Shown piece by piece: positions 47,552-56,927 of a stretch of 64,000 bases of DNA. Position 1 is the stretch's first letter; the number at the start of each line of letters is the position of its first letter. The stretch lies in the NCBI GenBank assembly GCA_964424455.1, contig CAYRJA010000003.1, forward strand, positions 4,186 through 68,185, in the 5' to 3' direction. The position numbers and the translations under genes are program-made. The stretch is from an uncultured Bifidobacteriaceae bacterium (lineage in GTDB: Bacteria; Bacteroidota; Bacteroidia; Chitinophagales; UBA10324). The notes beneath the pieces were generated by a model. That model was given only the letters and a program-made list of their open reading frames with translations. It did no database searches and was not told the DNA's origin.

Positions 47552-47875
47552 AAATAAAAGATGGAGAATTTTTCTGCAAATCTAATCAAGCACTATTATA
47601 GTTGTTGTGTATTGCACCTGTATCATAGCCGAAGATTATTCCGGCTTCTTTCGAAGTACAGCAAATTCTCTACATAACACCCTAAAGAAAAAACTCAATC
47701 TCTTACCAAATAGAAATAAAATAAGAGAGAAAGAGTTGCGTTAATAAATATTAGCGCCTAAAGTATAATTCACAAATTATCTTTACGCTCCAGACAGAAT
47801 ATCGTGCCTTGTTATTTTCTGTTTCTCATTATTAACCGACAACACTCCGGCTGTTACAATACTAACTTTACCGAT

Positions 47876-48868
47876 ATGTCTTTACGACTATATAATCCGA
47901 TTGAAAATTTACACTTTGATGAAAAAGACTGCTTCCTCACCGGCACTGAACTTTCTGCTTCCGACGAATCTATCACCGTATTTCCTGAATGGGTGCTGAA
48001 TCGCTATAACATGGGTGATTCTAAATTCACGATGATGGATAATGTTACTTCTTTCCTGCACAAAGATTTTAAATTACCATGCTCGGAGATAGTAAGAAAT
48101 GCTTTCTCCGTATTGGATAATGAAGTACAAACCGCTTTTGACGGAGGATATGATGCCGTCCGTTCTTTGAATGAACAAAGACTTTTTCTTTGGATGGGCA
48201 GAATGGTTTACGGTGTATTGTATCATGATTTGCTGATTGAGAGAGAAAATTGCAGGAAGAGAAAATCCGAATTTAAAATCTCTCCTATTCTGAAAAAAAG
48301 GTTTGCGCTGTTTCATCTGATGCTCCAGTCGCTAATCTCGCCAATTCGTTTCGGAGGTATAAAACCATGGAACATGACGATAGTGAGACTCAAGTACTCA
48401 AAAGACATTTTCAATTATCGCGATGATAGTGTTAATCTTATTTTTTCTGTTGGTGTTAACGGCTTCGGTATAATAGGAATGTTACAGGATAACGGTATGG
48501 TGAAACAAAATGAAAAGGATATTCTGGATAAAATAGGCAGTACTATGCTGCACCCTGTTCAGTTTGAGGAACTGAAAGCAAGATTTGTTTATTCAAGATA
48601 CCTGTTACAGTACAGACCTGAATATCATATTAAACAATTTGACGAGAGCATAGTTATAGAATCTGAATCTGTAACAGTTAAAGACGTCATACCGCTGTTT
48701 GCAAAATGGGATGATAAAATGTTTGCCGATGTGCTTTCTGAATACTGGAAACCCTGGGGACTTCAGAAAAAAGATATTTATACAGCGCCCAATGCCCCCA
48801 TCAGTTTTCTGAAAGATGAATATTCTAATCAATTCATTATTCCGGAAAGTATAAAACTCCCTTTTTAG
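47876..48868 (+). CDS. hypothetical protein, no recognisable domain
   Basis: 330 aa from Met 47876 (MSLRLYNPIE). The 24 codons upstream in the listed ORF look non-coding (PCYFLFLIINRQH). Confidence 0.6.
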   Translation: MSLRLYNPIENLHFDEKDCFLTGTELSASDESITVFPEWVLNRYNMGDSKFTMMDNVTSFLHKDFKLPCSEIVRNAFSVLDNEVQTAFDGGYDAVRSLNEQRLFLWMGRMVYGVLYHDLLIERENCRKRKSEFKISPILKKRFALFHLMLQSLISPIRFGGIKPWNMTIVRLKYSKDIFNYRDDSVNLIFSVGVNGFGIIGMLQDNGMVKQNEKDILDKIGSTMLHPVQFEELKARFVYSRYLLQYRPEYHIKQFDESIVIESESVTVKDVIPLFAKWDDKMFADVLSEYWKPWGLQKKDIYTAPNAPISFLKDEYSNQFIIPESIKLPF

Positions 48869-49002
48869 CCATATATGACATCTCTAAAAAAATAAATCAA
48901 AACAGGAACGAGATAGTAATACTGCCTGTTACAATTTCGTACTTACTTAAAAAGTATATCTTCAACTGAATAGATTTTTATTAATTCTTTATCATTTAAG
49001 AT

Positions 49003-50508
49003 ATGTCAAGGACTTCAATCAAAGAAACATTAATATATCATTACGATTACATTATGATAGGAGGAGGGATTATGAGCGCTACCTTAGCTACTCTCATCAA
49101 TGAACTTCATCCCGGAAAAAGAGTTGCCATATTTGAACGGCTGGGGAAATTTGCACAGGAAAGTTCTGCTGCATGGAACAATGCAGGTACAGGTCACTCC
49201 GGATTCTGTGAACTCAATTATACTCCTGCAAAAGCAGATGGAACTATTGATATTTCAAAAGCAGAGAAAACGGTAGAGGAGTTTGAAGTATCCAAACAGT
49301 TTTGGTCATACCTGATTAATAAAGGACACATCAGTTCTCCAAGAGACTTCATTAACTCCTGTCCGCACATGAGCTTGGTTTTTGGTGAGAAGGATTCTGA
49401 TTTTCTTAACAGAAGACATAAAGCGCTTACTCAGTCGCATCTGTTTGCCCCTATGCAGTTCTCATCCGATCATAAAAAACTTCAGGAGTGGATTCCTCTG
49501 ATAATGAGAAAGAGAAAAGGCAATGAAGCATTGGCTGCTACTAAAATGGATTTAGGTACAGATGTCAACTTCGGAAGTCTGACAAACAAAATGGAACATT
49601 TCCTTACCGATGTATCGGGTGTAGATGTTTTCTTCTATCATGAAGTAAAAGATATTGAACCTGATACCAACAACGGATGGCTTCTTGAGGTAAAGGATAG
49701 AATTAATAATCACAGGCAGAAATTTACTACTGACTTTGTATTCATTGGCGCCGGCGGATATGCACTGCCTCTGCTGGAAAGTTCCGGCATAAAAGAAAGT
49801 GAAGGTTATGGCGGATTCCCTGTTTCAGGTCAGTGGTTGGTATCATATAATCAGGAACTTATTAATCAGCATCACGCAAAAGTATATACACAGGCTTCCA
49901 TAGGTGCGCCGCCTATGTCAGTTCCACATATGGATTTAAGAATTATTAACGGACAAAAAGCTCTTCTGTTCGGACCGTTTGCAGGATTCTCTACTAAGTT
50001 TTTGAAAGAGGGCAGCTACCTCGACTTACCTGAAAGTGTAAACTATAAAAACATTCGCTCTTTGTTTGGCGCTTGGTGGCACAATATTCCACTCACCAAA
50101 TATCTGATTGAACAAGTTTCTATGACAAAATCGCAACGAATAGCCGCGTTGCGGCAATTTATTAAAGACGCTAAGGAGGAAGATTGGGATTTAAAAATTG
50201 CAGGACAGCGGGTTCAGGTAATAAAAAAAGATAAAGAAGAAGGCGGCATATTAGAGTTCGGTACAGAGGTAGTGGTAAATGAGAAAGGCACATTAGCTTC
50301 TTTGCTTGGCGCTTCTCCCGGCGCTTCTACTTCTGTTTTTATCATGCTGAATATTCTCGAAAAATGCTTTCCTGACAGAGTGAAAAATGAATGGAAGGAA
50401 AAACTCTGTGAGATGATTCCTTCCTATGGTCAGCGATTATCTCAGCATCCTGAATTAACCGATAAAATCAGAAATTATACTAAGGGAAAATTACAACTGA
50501 CTTACTAA
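49003..50508 (+). CDS. mqo: malate:quinone oxidoreductase
   Basis: 501 aa. FAD fold IGGGIMSATLA, and ESSAAWNNAGTGHSGFCELNYT, typical of Mqo. Confidence 0.9.
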   Translation: MSRTSIKETLIYHYDYIMIGGGIMSATLATLINELHPGKRVAIFERLGKFAQESSAAWNNAGTGHSGFCELNYTPAKADGTIDISKAEKTVEEFEVSKQFWSYLINKGHISSPRDFINSCPHMSLVFGEKDSDFLNRRHKALTQSHLFAPMQFSSDHKKLQEWIPLIMRKRKGNEALAATKMDLGTDVNFGSLTNKMEHFLTDVSGVDVFFYHEVKDIEPDTNNGWLLEVKDRINNHRQKFTTDFVFIGAGGYALPLLESSGIKESEGYGGFPVSGQWLVSYNQELINQHHAKVYTQASIGAPPMSVPHMDLRIINGQKALLFGPFAGFSTKFLKEGSYLDLPESVNYKNIRSLFGAWWHNIPLTKYLIEQVSMTKSQRIAALRQFIKDAKEEDWDLKIAGQRVQVIKKDKEEGGILEFGTEVVVNEKGTLASLLGASPGASTSVFIMLNILEKCFPDRVKNEWKEKLCEMIPSYGQRLSQHPELTDKIRNYTKGKLQLTY

Positions 50509-50510
50509 GG

Positions 50511-52274
50511 TTAAAGCACTGTAACACTTTTCTTCATCTGCATTTCATATAACCGGGCATAGAAGCCGTTTAGCTCAAGCAGTTCTGAATGTGTGCCCAT
50601 TTCTTTCATTTCTCCATGATCAAGCACTATAATCTTGTCTGCCTTCTGAATGGTGGAAAGCCGGTGTGCAATAATGATGGATGTGCGGTTTACAATCATT
50701 TTATCAATAGCCGCTTGAATCAGTTGCTCTGATTCAGTGTCAATAGATGAAGTGGCTTCATCTAAAATCAAAATCTTAGGGTCGAATATCAACGCACGCA
50801 CAAATGAAATAAGTTGCCGTTGCCCGTTTGATAAGGTAGCGCCGCGCTCTTTTACTTCGTAATCATATCTGCCCGGAAACTTCTCAATAAAATCATGAAT
50901 ACCACAAAGCTTGGCTGCATGGATTACTTCCTCTCTTTTCACATTGCTGTTTCTCAATGTTATATTTTCCATGATTGATCCGGAGAAGAGAAATACATCC
51001 TGTAACACTAATGCAATATTTCTGCGAAGAGAATACACATCATAGTCTTTAATATTTACTCCATCAATATAAATTGTTCCTTTCTGAATTTCATAGAAGC
51101 GGTTTAAAATATTAATGATGGATGATTTTCCTGCACCGGTTGCTCCCACTATAGCAAGAGTTTCTCCCTGCTTCACTTCAAATGAAATATCTTTCAATAC
51201 AAAATTCTTTTCATCATAAGCGAACCAGACATTTTCAAACCGGATATTTCCTGCTATGCTGTTAGCTGTTACAGTTCCTGTGTTTTGCAGTTTATCCTCA
51301 CTGTCAATTATCTTAAAAACCCGTTCTGCTGCTACCATTCCCATCTGTAACGTGTTGAACTTATCTGCCAACATCCGTATCGGACGGAAAAGAAGGTTAA
51401 TACAAATGATAAATGCATTCAACTGACCGACAGAAGTATATTCTTTCAGGTATTGCCCTGCCCAGTACCAAACCAGCAACCCCATTGCTACAGCAGAAAT
51501 AATTTCTACTGCAGGAAAAAAAACAGAATAATAAAAAATAGAACGAATGTGTGCCGAGCGATGTGCTTTGTTGATTTCTCTGAACTTCTTCATCTCTGAT
51601 TCTTCCGCATTAAAAATCTGTATCACACTCATTCCTGTAATATGTTCCTGCAAAAAAGTATTGAGCCGTGCTACCTGATTACGCACATCCGTAAACGATT
51701 TACGGATGCCTTCTTTAAAAAAATAAGTTGCAATCAGCAACAGTGGAAATACACTCATACAAATAAGGGTGATTTTCCATGATGATAGAAACATAAAGGT
51801 CAGCACTACAACAATCGTAAGCAAGTCGCTGAGAATGGTGATGATACCCTCTGAGAAAATATCATTGATGGTTTCAATATCATTAATTGTTCTTGTGGTT
51901 AATACGCCAACCGGAGTCTTATCAAAATACCTTGTATTCATACTGAGTAAATGTCCAAACACCCGAACACGCAGATTCTTTATTATAGACTGACCGAGCC
52001 AAGCTGTAATAAGTGTAAAGTTGTAGGAAAGGAATCCCTGGATAAATAATACCACCAACATTACGATGGTCATATTCTGTAGCATTTTCCAGTTGCCTTG
52101 TAAAATATATTTATCTATTGTCAACTGAATCAGGTAGGGATTAAGTACCGATAATCCGGCAATAAGTATTGCGATAAGAACAGCAATGTAAAACCTACGT
52201 TTGTATGGACCTACCAATCGCAATACACGCAGCAGTAAATTAAAATCAATAACTCTATCGAGCAGTTTCTTCAT
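50511..52274 (-). CDS. ABC transporter, fused permease/ATP-binding protein (MsbA/exporter type)
   Basis: 587 aa. Six-TM domain, then Walker A GATGAGKSS, signature LSNGQRQ, Walker B ILILDEATS. Confidence 0.9.
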   Translation of the reverse strand: MKKLLDRVIDFNLLLRVLRLVGPYKRRFYIAVLIAILIAGLSVLNPYLIQLTIDKYILQGNWKMLQNMTIVMLVVLFIQGFLSYNFTLITAWLGQSIIKNLRVRVFGHLLSMNTRYFDKTPVGVLTTRTINDIETINDIFSEGIITILSDLLTIVVVLTFMFLSSWKITLICMSVFPLLLIATYFFKEGIRKSFTDVRNQVARLNTFLQEHITGMSVIQIFNAEESEMKKFREINKAHRSAHIRSIFYYSVFFPAVEIISAVAMGLLVWYWAGQYLKEYTSVGQLNAFIICINLLFRPIRMLADKFNTLQMGMVAAERVFKIIDSEDKLQNTGTVTANSIAGNIRFENVWFAYDEKNFVLKDISFEVKQGETLAIVGATGAGKSSIINILNRFYEIQKGTIYIDGVNIKDYDVYSLRRNIALVLQDVFLFSGSIMENITLRNSNVKREEVIHAAKLCGIHDFIEKFPGRYDYEVKERGATLSNGQRQLISFVRALIFDPKILILDEATSSIDTESEQLIQAAIDKMIVNRTSIIIAHRLSTIQKADKIIVLDHGEMKEMGTHSELLELNGFYARLYEMQMKKSVTVL

Positions 52275-52278
52275 TTAG

Positions 52279-53043
52279 TTAATCAAAATAATTATCAGGA
52301 TATCTCACCTCAATTAATGTTAAACCATTAGCCGGTGCAGAAAAGTTCGTCTTATCAGGCTGCCGGCTTAAAATAATTTTCTCAAAATCTTCAACAGAGA
52401 GTTTACCTCTTCCTACCTGAATCATAGTTGCCACTAATCCGCGCACCATACCGCGCAAAAACCGGTTGGCGCTTACTATAAAAATCAATTCGTTTTCGCT
52501 CTTGTTATGCTTCCATTCTGCACGGGAAATAAAACAAAGTGAAGTTTTCACCTGAGTCCGCTTCTTGCTGAATGCCATATAATCAGTATGATGAAATAGT
52601 TTTTCCGCTGCCTCATTTAACCTGTCTGCATCAATTTCTGTATAGGGATAATAATAGGCAACCGCTGCGTTGAATGGATTTTTACGGTATGAAATAACAT
52701 ATCTGTATGTTCTGCCAATGGCATCAAAGCGGGCATTACATTTTGTGTTTACAGGAAAAATATTTTTTACCACCACATCATCCGGAAGCATAAAGTTAAT
52801 CCGCCAGATAAATTTATCCGGCAACGGATTAATAGCATCAAAGTGTAAAAAATTCTGCTGTGCATGAACGCCTTTATCCGTACGGCTGCTTCCCTGTGAA
52901 GTAATTTCTTCCCGGAAAAGAATGGAGAGCTGTTCATTCAATACCTGCTGAACCGTGTAGCCCGCATTCTTCTGTACTTGCCATCCGTTAAAGTTTGTGC
53001 CTTTGTAAGCCACCTCAAGAAAATATCTCTGAAAAGGGTGCAT
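52279..53043 (-). CDS. truA: tRNA pseudouridine(38-40) synthase
   Basis: 254 aa. YKGTNFNGWQVQ and the catalytic GSSRTDKGVHA. Confidence 0.92.
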   Translation of the reverse strand: MHPFQRYFLEVAYKGTNFNGWQVQKNAGYTVQQVLNEQLSILFREEITSQGSSRTDKGVHAQQNFLHFDAINPLPDKFIWRINFMLPDDVVVKNIFPVNTKCNARFDAIGRTYRYVISYRKNPFNAAVAYYYPYTEIDADRLNEAAEKLFHHTDYMAFSKKRTQVKTSLCFISRAEWKHNKSENELIFIVSANRFLRGMVRGLVATMIQVGRGKLSVEDFEKIILSRQPDKTNFSAPANGLTLIEVRYPDNYFD

Positions 53044-53057
53044 TCCGTTTTCTAATA

Positions 53058-53393
53058 TTAAAACTGTGCCCCTTTTAATTCCAACTGCAGGGGAGGAAGG
53101 TCAATCTGAATAATATCCCAAACTACATCGTAATTCACTCCGAAATAATCATGCACTAAACGGTTGCGAAGATCTGCCATCTCTTTAAATGGAATGTGTG
53201 GATTCTTAGAGCGAAAGGATTCAGAAAAAAGTTTTGCTGCTTCTCCAATAATCAGCAAGTTTCTTATAACCGCATCCTGAGTCTTTAAATCGTCTGTTAA
53301 CTGTTCATACTTATATCCCTTCAAATATTGCTGAATGCGTGAAATAGATTCAAGAATGTCCTGTACCAAAAGTTTATCTTCCCGTTTAGACAT
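53058..53393 (-). CDS. hepT: HepT-like (DUF86) ribonuclease toxin
   Basis: 111 aa with the Rx4HxY motif RNRLVHDY. It overlaps the upstream nucleotidyltransferase gene by 8 nt. Confidence 0.85.
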   Translation of the reverse strand: MSKREDKLLVQDILESISRIQQYLKGYKYEQLTDDLKTQDAVIRNLLIIGEAAKLFSESFRSKNPHIPFKEMADLRNRLVHDYFGVNYDVVWDIIQIDLPPLQLELKGAQF

Positions 53394-53700
53394 ATTCCAC
53401 TTCTTTCAAAATTCTTTCCGCTACTTCTTTAGCCCGAATACTTTTGACTCCTGCTGGTGTAAGAATATCTACAGGTCGCTGAAATTTCTCTTCAAGATAA
53501 TCGGCAAGATTAAAAAAACGAAACCCTGCCGGTTTATTAAATTCAATTATAAAATCAATATCACTATTAGCTGTGGCTAATCCTTTCACGAAAGAACCAA
53601 AAAGTCCAACTCTCTTCACACCAAAATACTCCTGAAGGAAGGGAAGTTCTTCCTTGATTTTTTCTTTTATTAATGATTTACTCAGCATAGTTACTTGCAA
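53386..53700 (-). CDS. mntA: MntA-type minimal nucleotidyltransferase antitoxin
   Basis: 104 aa. GLFGSFVKGLATANSDIDF, i.e. the GS-x10-DxD nucleotidyltransferase motif. Confidence 0.85.
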   Translation of the reverse strand: MQVTMLSKSLIKEKIKEELPFLQEYFGVKRVGLFGSFVKGLATANSDIDFIIEFNKPAGFRFFNLADYLEEKFQRPVDILTPAGVKSIRAKEVAERILKEVEYV

Positions 53701-53706
53701 ATTTAC

Positions 53707-54903
53707 TTATACTCTTTCATAAACTACTGCTGCTCCCTGACCTACCCCCACACACATGGTTGCTAAACCATAGCGCACTTTTCTTTTCTTCATTTCATGT
53801 AACAGCGTTGCAGAAATGCGGGAACCTGAACATCCCAAAGGATGACCGATAGCGATAGAACCACCGTTTACATTTATTTTAGAAACATCCAGATTCAACT
53901 CGCGGATGCAGGCAATGGATTGCGATGCAAATGCCTCATTCAACTCAATTAAATCCAAATCATTTACAGAAATACCGGCGCGCTTCAATACCTTTTTTGT
54001 AGCCGGAACGGGACCTGTTCCCATATAAGCAGGGTCAACACCTGCAGAGGCAGATGTCACTACCCTTGCCATCGGCGTAAGATTCATTTCTTTCACCGCT
54101 TTATCCGAAGCCAGAATCAAACAAGCTGCCCCGTCATTTATTCCTGAGGAATTTCCTGCTGTTACAGTTCCACCTTTTTTAAATGCCGGCTTTAATCCTG
54201 CCAGCTTTTCTAAAGAAGTTTCCCGAGGCGGTTCATCCTTACTGAAAATCATTTCCTCCCCTTTGCTGTTGTAAACATTTACAGGAATCAACTCCTCTCT
54301 GAACTTCTGTGCCTTATGTGCGGCAGCATATTTTTCTTGTGATAACAGTGCAAACCGGTCTTGTTCTTCTCTGGAAATCTTCCATTTCTCTGCTACATTC
54401 TCCGCAGTTTCCCCCATGGAATAAGGATAGTGTATATCCGTAAGTTTTTTATTGGCAAACCGCCAGCCGATAGTTGAGTCATAAATTTCGGTTTTTCGAC
54501 TAAATCCTTTTTCTGATTTTGACATGACAAATGGCGCCCGTGTCATACTCTCTACTCCCCCTGCAAGATAAATATCTCCTTCACCGCACTTAATAGCCCG
54601 CGCTGCATCCATAACAGACTGTAACCCTGAAGCACACAGCCGGTTAACTGTAACACCTCCAACTTCTACAGGTAATCCTGCGAGCAGCGCTGCCATGCGG
54701 GCAACATCACGGTTATCTTCGCCTGCCTGATTAGCATCACCAAAAATTACATCCTCAATCCGGCTGACATCCACATTTGGATTGCGTTTGATAATTTCTT
54801 TAATCACTAATGCGGCTAAATCATCCGGACGAACAGAACTTAATGCTCCACCATACTTTCCAATAGGTGTGCGCACTACATCAATTATATATACTTCATT
54901 CAT
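53707..54903 (-). CDS. acetyl-CoA C-acyltransferase (thiolase)
   Basis: 398 aa. VNRLCASGLQ (active-site Cys), NEAFA, GGSIAIGHPLGCSG, CVGVGQG. Confidence 0.92.
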   Translation of the reverse strand: MNEVYIIDVVRTPIGKYGGALSSVRPDDLAALVIKEIIKRNPNVDVSRIEDVIFGDANQAGEDNRDVARMAALLAGLPVEVGGVTVNRLCASGLQSVMDAARAIKCGEGDIYLAGGVESMTRAPFVMSKSEKGFSRKTEIYDSTIGWRFANKKLTDIHYPYSMGETAENVAEKWKISREEQDRFALLSQEKYAAAHKAQKFREELIPVNVYNSKGEEMIFSKDEPPRETSLEKLAGLKPAFKKGGTVTAGNSSGINDGAACLILASDKAVKEMNLTPMARVVTSASAGVDPAYMGTGPVPATKKVLKRAGISVNDLDLIELNEAFASQSIACIRELNLDVSKINVNGGSIAIGHPLGCSGSRISATLLHEMKKRKVRYGLATMCVGVGQGAAVVYERV

Positions 54904-55028
54904 AATTTTATTTTAAATCGTGTTGAATACTTCTGAAATAACTTACTGATTATTCACATTATTCAGAATGACGGTCAGCAAAAATAATTTCTTTAGCCGA
55001 TTACACCGATAAAGAAGATTTCAGCAGT

Positions 55029-55036
55029 TAAATTTG
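55029..55036 (+). promoter_or_regulatory. -7 box (TAnnTTTG) upstream of the DUF4293 gene
   Basis: TAAATTTG at 55029-55036, 17 nt intervene before the ATG at 55054. Confidence 0.4.
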
Positions 55037-55053
55037 TCCCTAAAATCGTATTT

Positions 55054-55485
55054 ATGCTTCAGCGTATTCAAACTGTTTATATTCTGCTTTCAATCATAGC
55101 AACGGGGCTTTTATTTGTGTTTCCTGTTTGGACGAATGGCGCTACAGCCGGTGTTTCCATCGGAAGTATCGGCGCCGGTACGCATATCATATTGATGATG
55201 GTTTGGTTAGTTATGATATTGTTACAGTTTGTTCCTTTGTTTCTTTATAAACACAGAAAGAGACAAATTACTTTTTGCAAAGTTGGCATCTTCATGAATT
55301 TCATCTTTATAGCTCTTGCATTAATCTTTATTAACGAAGAGAAAAATCTGTTTAGTAATTTCTACATTCAGGATTTCAGAATAGGGGCTCTACTTCCTTT
55401 TGCTTCTGTTCTGTTTCTTTTCCTCGCCACTAAAAATATCAGGAAAGATGAAGAGTTAGTACGCTCAATGGACAGACTGAGATAA
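55054..55485 (+). CDS. DUF4293-like membrane protein
   Basis: 143 aa. MLQRIQTVYILLSII start and four TM helices, as in the Bacteroidota DUF4293 family. Confidence 0.6.
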   Translation: MLQRIQTVYILLSIIATGLLFVFPVWTNGATAGVSIGSIGAGTHIILMMVWLVMILLQFVPLFLYKHRKRQITFCKVGIFMNFIFIALALIFINEEKNLFSNFYIQDFRIGALLPFASVLFLFLATKNIRKDEELVRSMDRLR

Positions 55486-55506
55486 CCGTTGTCCATCCTA
55501 TCAATA

Positions 55507-56013
55507 TTACTGCTGTAACACTATCCAGCTACCGTCTGCTTTAAACTTCAGGTGCGACATGGTTAAATCTTCAGCATAAATTTTTACAGTATTGTCACCC
55601 GGAAATTCACAATGATCTTGTCCGTTAATAGTGGTGAAGAGTTTATAGTCCACTTCAAACTCTGCTTTCTTGTAAATATGAACTTCAAATGCAGCAGGCG
55701 CACTGCGATAGGCAATCAGCATTTCAGGTTTTCCGTCGCCGTCAATGTCAAATTCACTTACCTGACCATAAATATAATCCGGTGAAGGTTTCAGCATCTC
55801 TGTTTCTTTTCCATTCTTGATAAGCTTAAAAATCATTTGTCCTTCATTGTTCTGAATCAAAAGTGCAGAACCGTCTTTCAGTTTTACCTGTGTCATTTTT
55901 CTGCTTCCCTTTAAAAGGAAATCACTGTTTTTTACTCCCTTAATTATTTCCTGTGCTTGTGTGAAAGAAACAGCAGAAAATGAAATGATAAATGCAAAAA
56001 GAATTTTTTTCAT
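55507..56013 (-). CDS. secreted hypothetical protein with an FG-GAP-like DxDGDGxxE motif
   Basis: 168 aa. Signal peptide (..AVSFTQAQ) and FDIDGDGKPEMLIAY. Confidence 0.55.
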   Translation of the reverse strand: MKKILFAFIISFSAVSFTQAQEIIKGVKNSDFLLKGSRKMTQVKLKDGSALLIQNNEGQMIFKLIKNGKETEMLKPSPDYIYGQVSEFDIDGDGKPEMLIAYRSAPAAFEVHIYKKAEFEVDYKLFTTINGQDHCEFPGDNTVKIYAEDLTMSHLKFKADGSWIVLQQ

Positions 56014-56085
56014 TGAATGTATTGGATTTGAATTTCTGACTTAGAAAAAATCATGCCTGAATCAGCGAGCCAAAAATAAAAGATT

Positions 56086-56769
56086 TCATTGCATACTCAA
56101 CTTCCCGAGAATATCATCTGTAAACATTTCATTCATATTATGACTTCCAATCTGTTTTATTTTTTCCTGCGATATTCTATAAACTCTTTTTCCGCCCCAC
56201 GCTTTATTTTCAAAGGGAGAAATATCCTTTAAGTCGCTTACCGGATTTACTATAAAGAATTCTGAGCTTGGTAAAACAATCCATAAGAAAACAGATCCAA
56301 AGGAGATGGCATGCTTCACTTTTGTTTCTTTCATATCATACCCCTCTTTCATCTCTTTGCGAGCCATCTGCAATTCAACCGGCTGAAAACCGGTATCCCA
56401 GTCCAGCATAATGTCCGGCTGAGTAGAAATATTTTCATTTATTTTTTTTTCAACCAACCGGTTTCTGTCTGTACCGTTTAGTTGGATTGAGACCTTCTTA
56501 TTCAGCTCGTTCAGTCTTTGTTTCAGCCAAACATTTGCAATCAAATCTTCTATCAGCCAAGCATCAATCAGGTCATAGAGATATTCTGAAGTATTTCGTC
56601 TATCCCAGAAATACTTGTCTATTGTAAAGGGTTGAGTTTTTAAGCGTTCAATTTCTTTTTGTAATCGTTTGTCATATTGTTTCAAATATTCAGAAACTGT
56701 AACAGCATTCACATTCCACTGTTTAGGTAGTAAAGAATATTTCTGGATGAAGGAGCGCCGGTCTGTCAT
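56086..56769 (-). CDS. hypothetical protein (possible PD-(D/E)xK-like fold, unverified)
   Basis: 227 aa. The helix WLIEDLIANVW, then PDIML and VELQMARK, are arranged like an E..D..ExK nuclease core, with Q in place of K. Confidence 0.45.
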   Translation of the reverse strand: MTDRRSFIQKYSLLPKQWNVNAVTVSEYLKQYDKRLQKEIERLKTQPFTIDKYFWDRRNTSEYLYDLIDAWLIEDLIANVWLKQRLNELNKKVSIQLNGTDRNRLVEKKINENISTQPDIMLDWDTGFQPVELQMARKEMKEGYDMKETKVKHAISFGSVFLWIVLPSSEFFIVNPVSDLKDISPFENKAWGGKRVYRISQEKIKQIGSHNMNEMFTDDILGKLSMQ

Positions 56770-56897
56770 ACAATAGATTTAGAAAGGTAGAAGAATTTTT
56801 GATTTTGTATTCACTCTATTATCAGTCATATAATTGTAAATAAATATACTAAGCTGTAACACAGATGTTACAATATGGCACTTAGACAAAGTAGCCG

Positions 56898-56905
56898 TAC
56901 CTTTG
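56898..56905 (+). promoter_or_regulatory. -7 box (TAnnTTTG) upstream of ndh
   Basis: TACCTTTG at 56898-56905, 22 nt before the ATG at 56928. Confidence 0.4.
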
Positions 56906-56927
56906 TATCACACATTATATATTTCGT

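Noticed and set aside
49003-50508. mqo contains no TGTWACA copy, which could hint at foreign origin.
   Set aside because: A 1.5-kb gap is not significant at about 1.9 copies per kb (roughly 5% by chance), and several similar gaps exist (about 28.7-30.5 kb and 51.3-53.8 kb).
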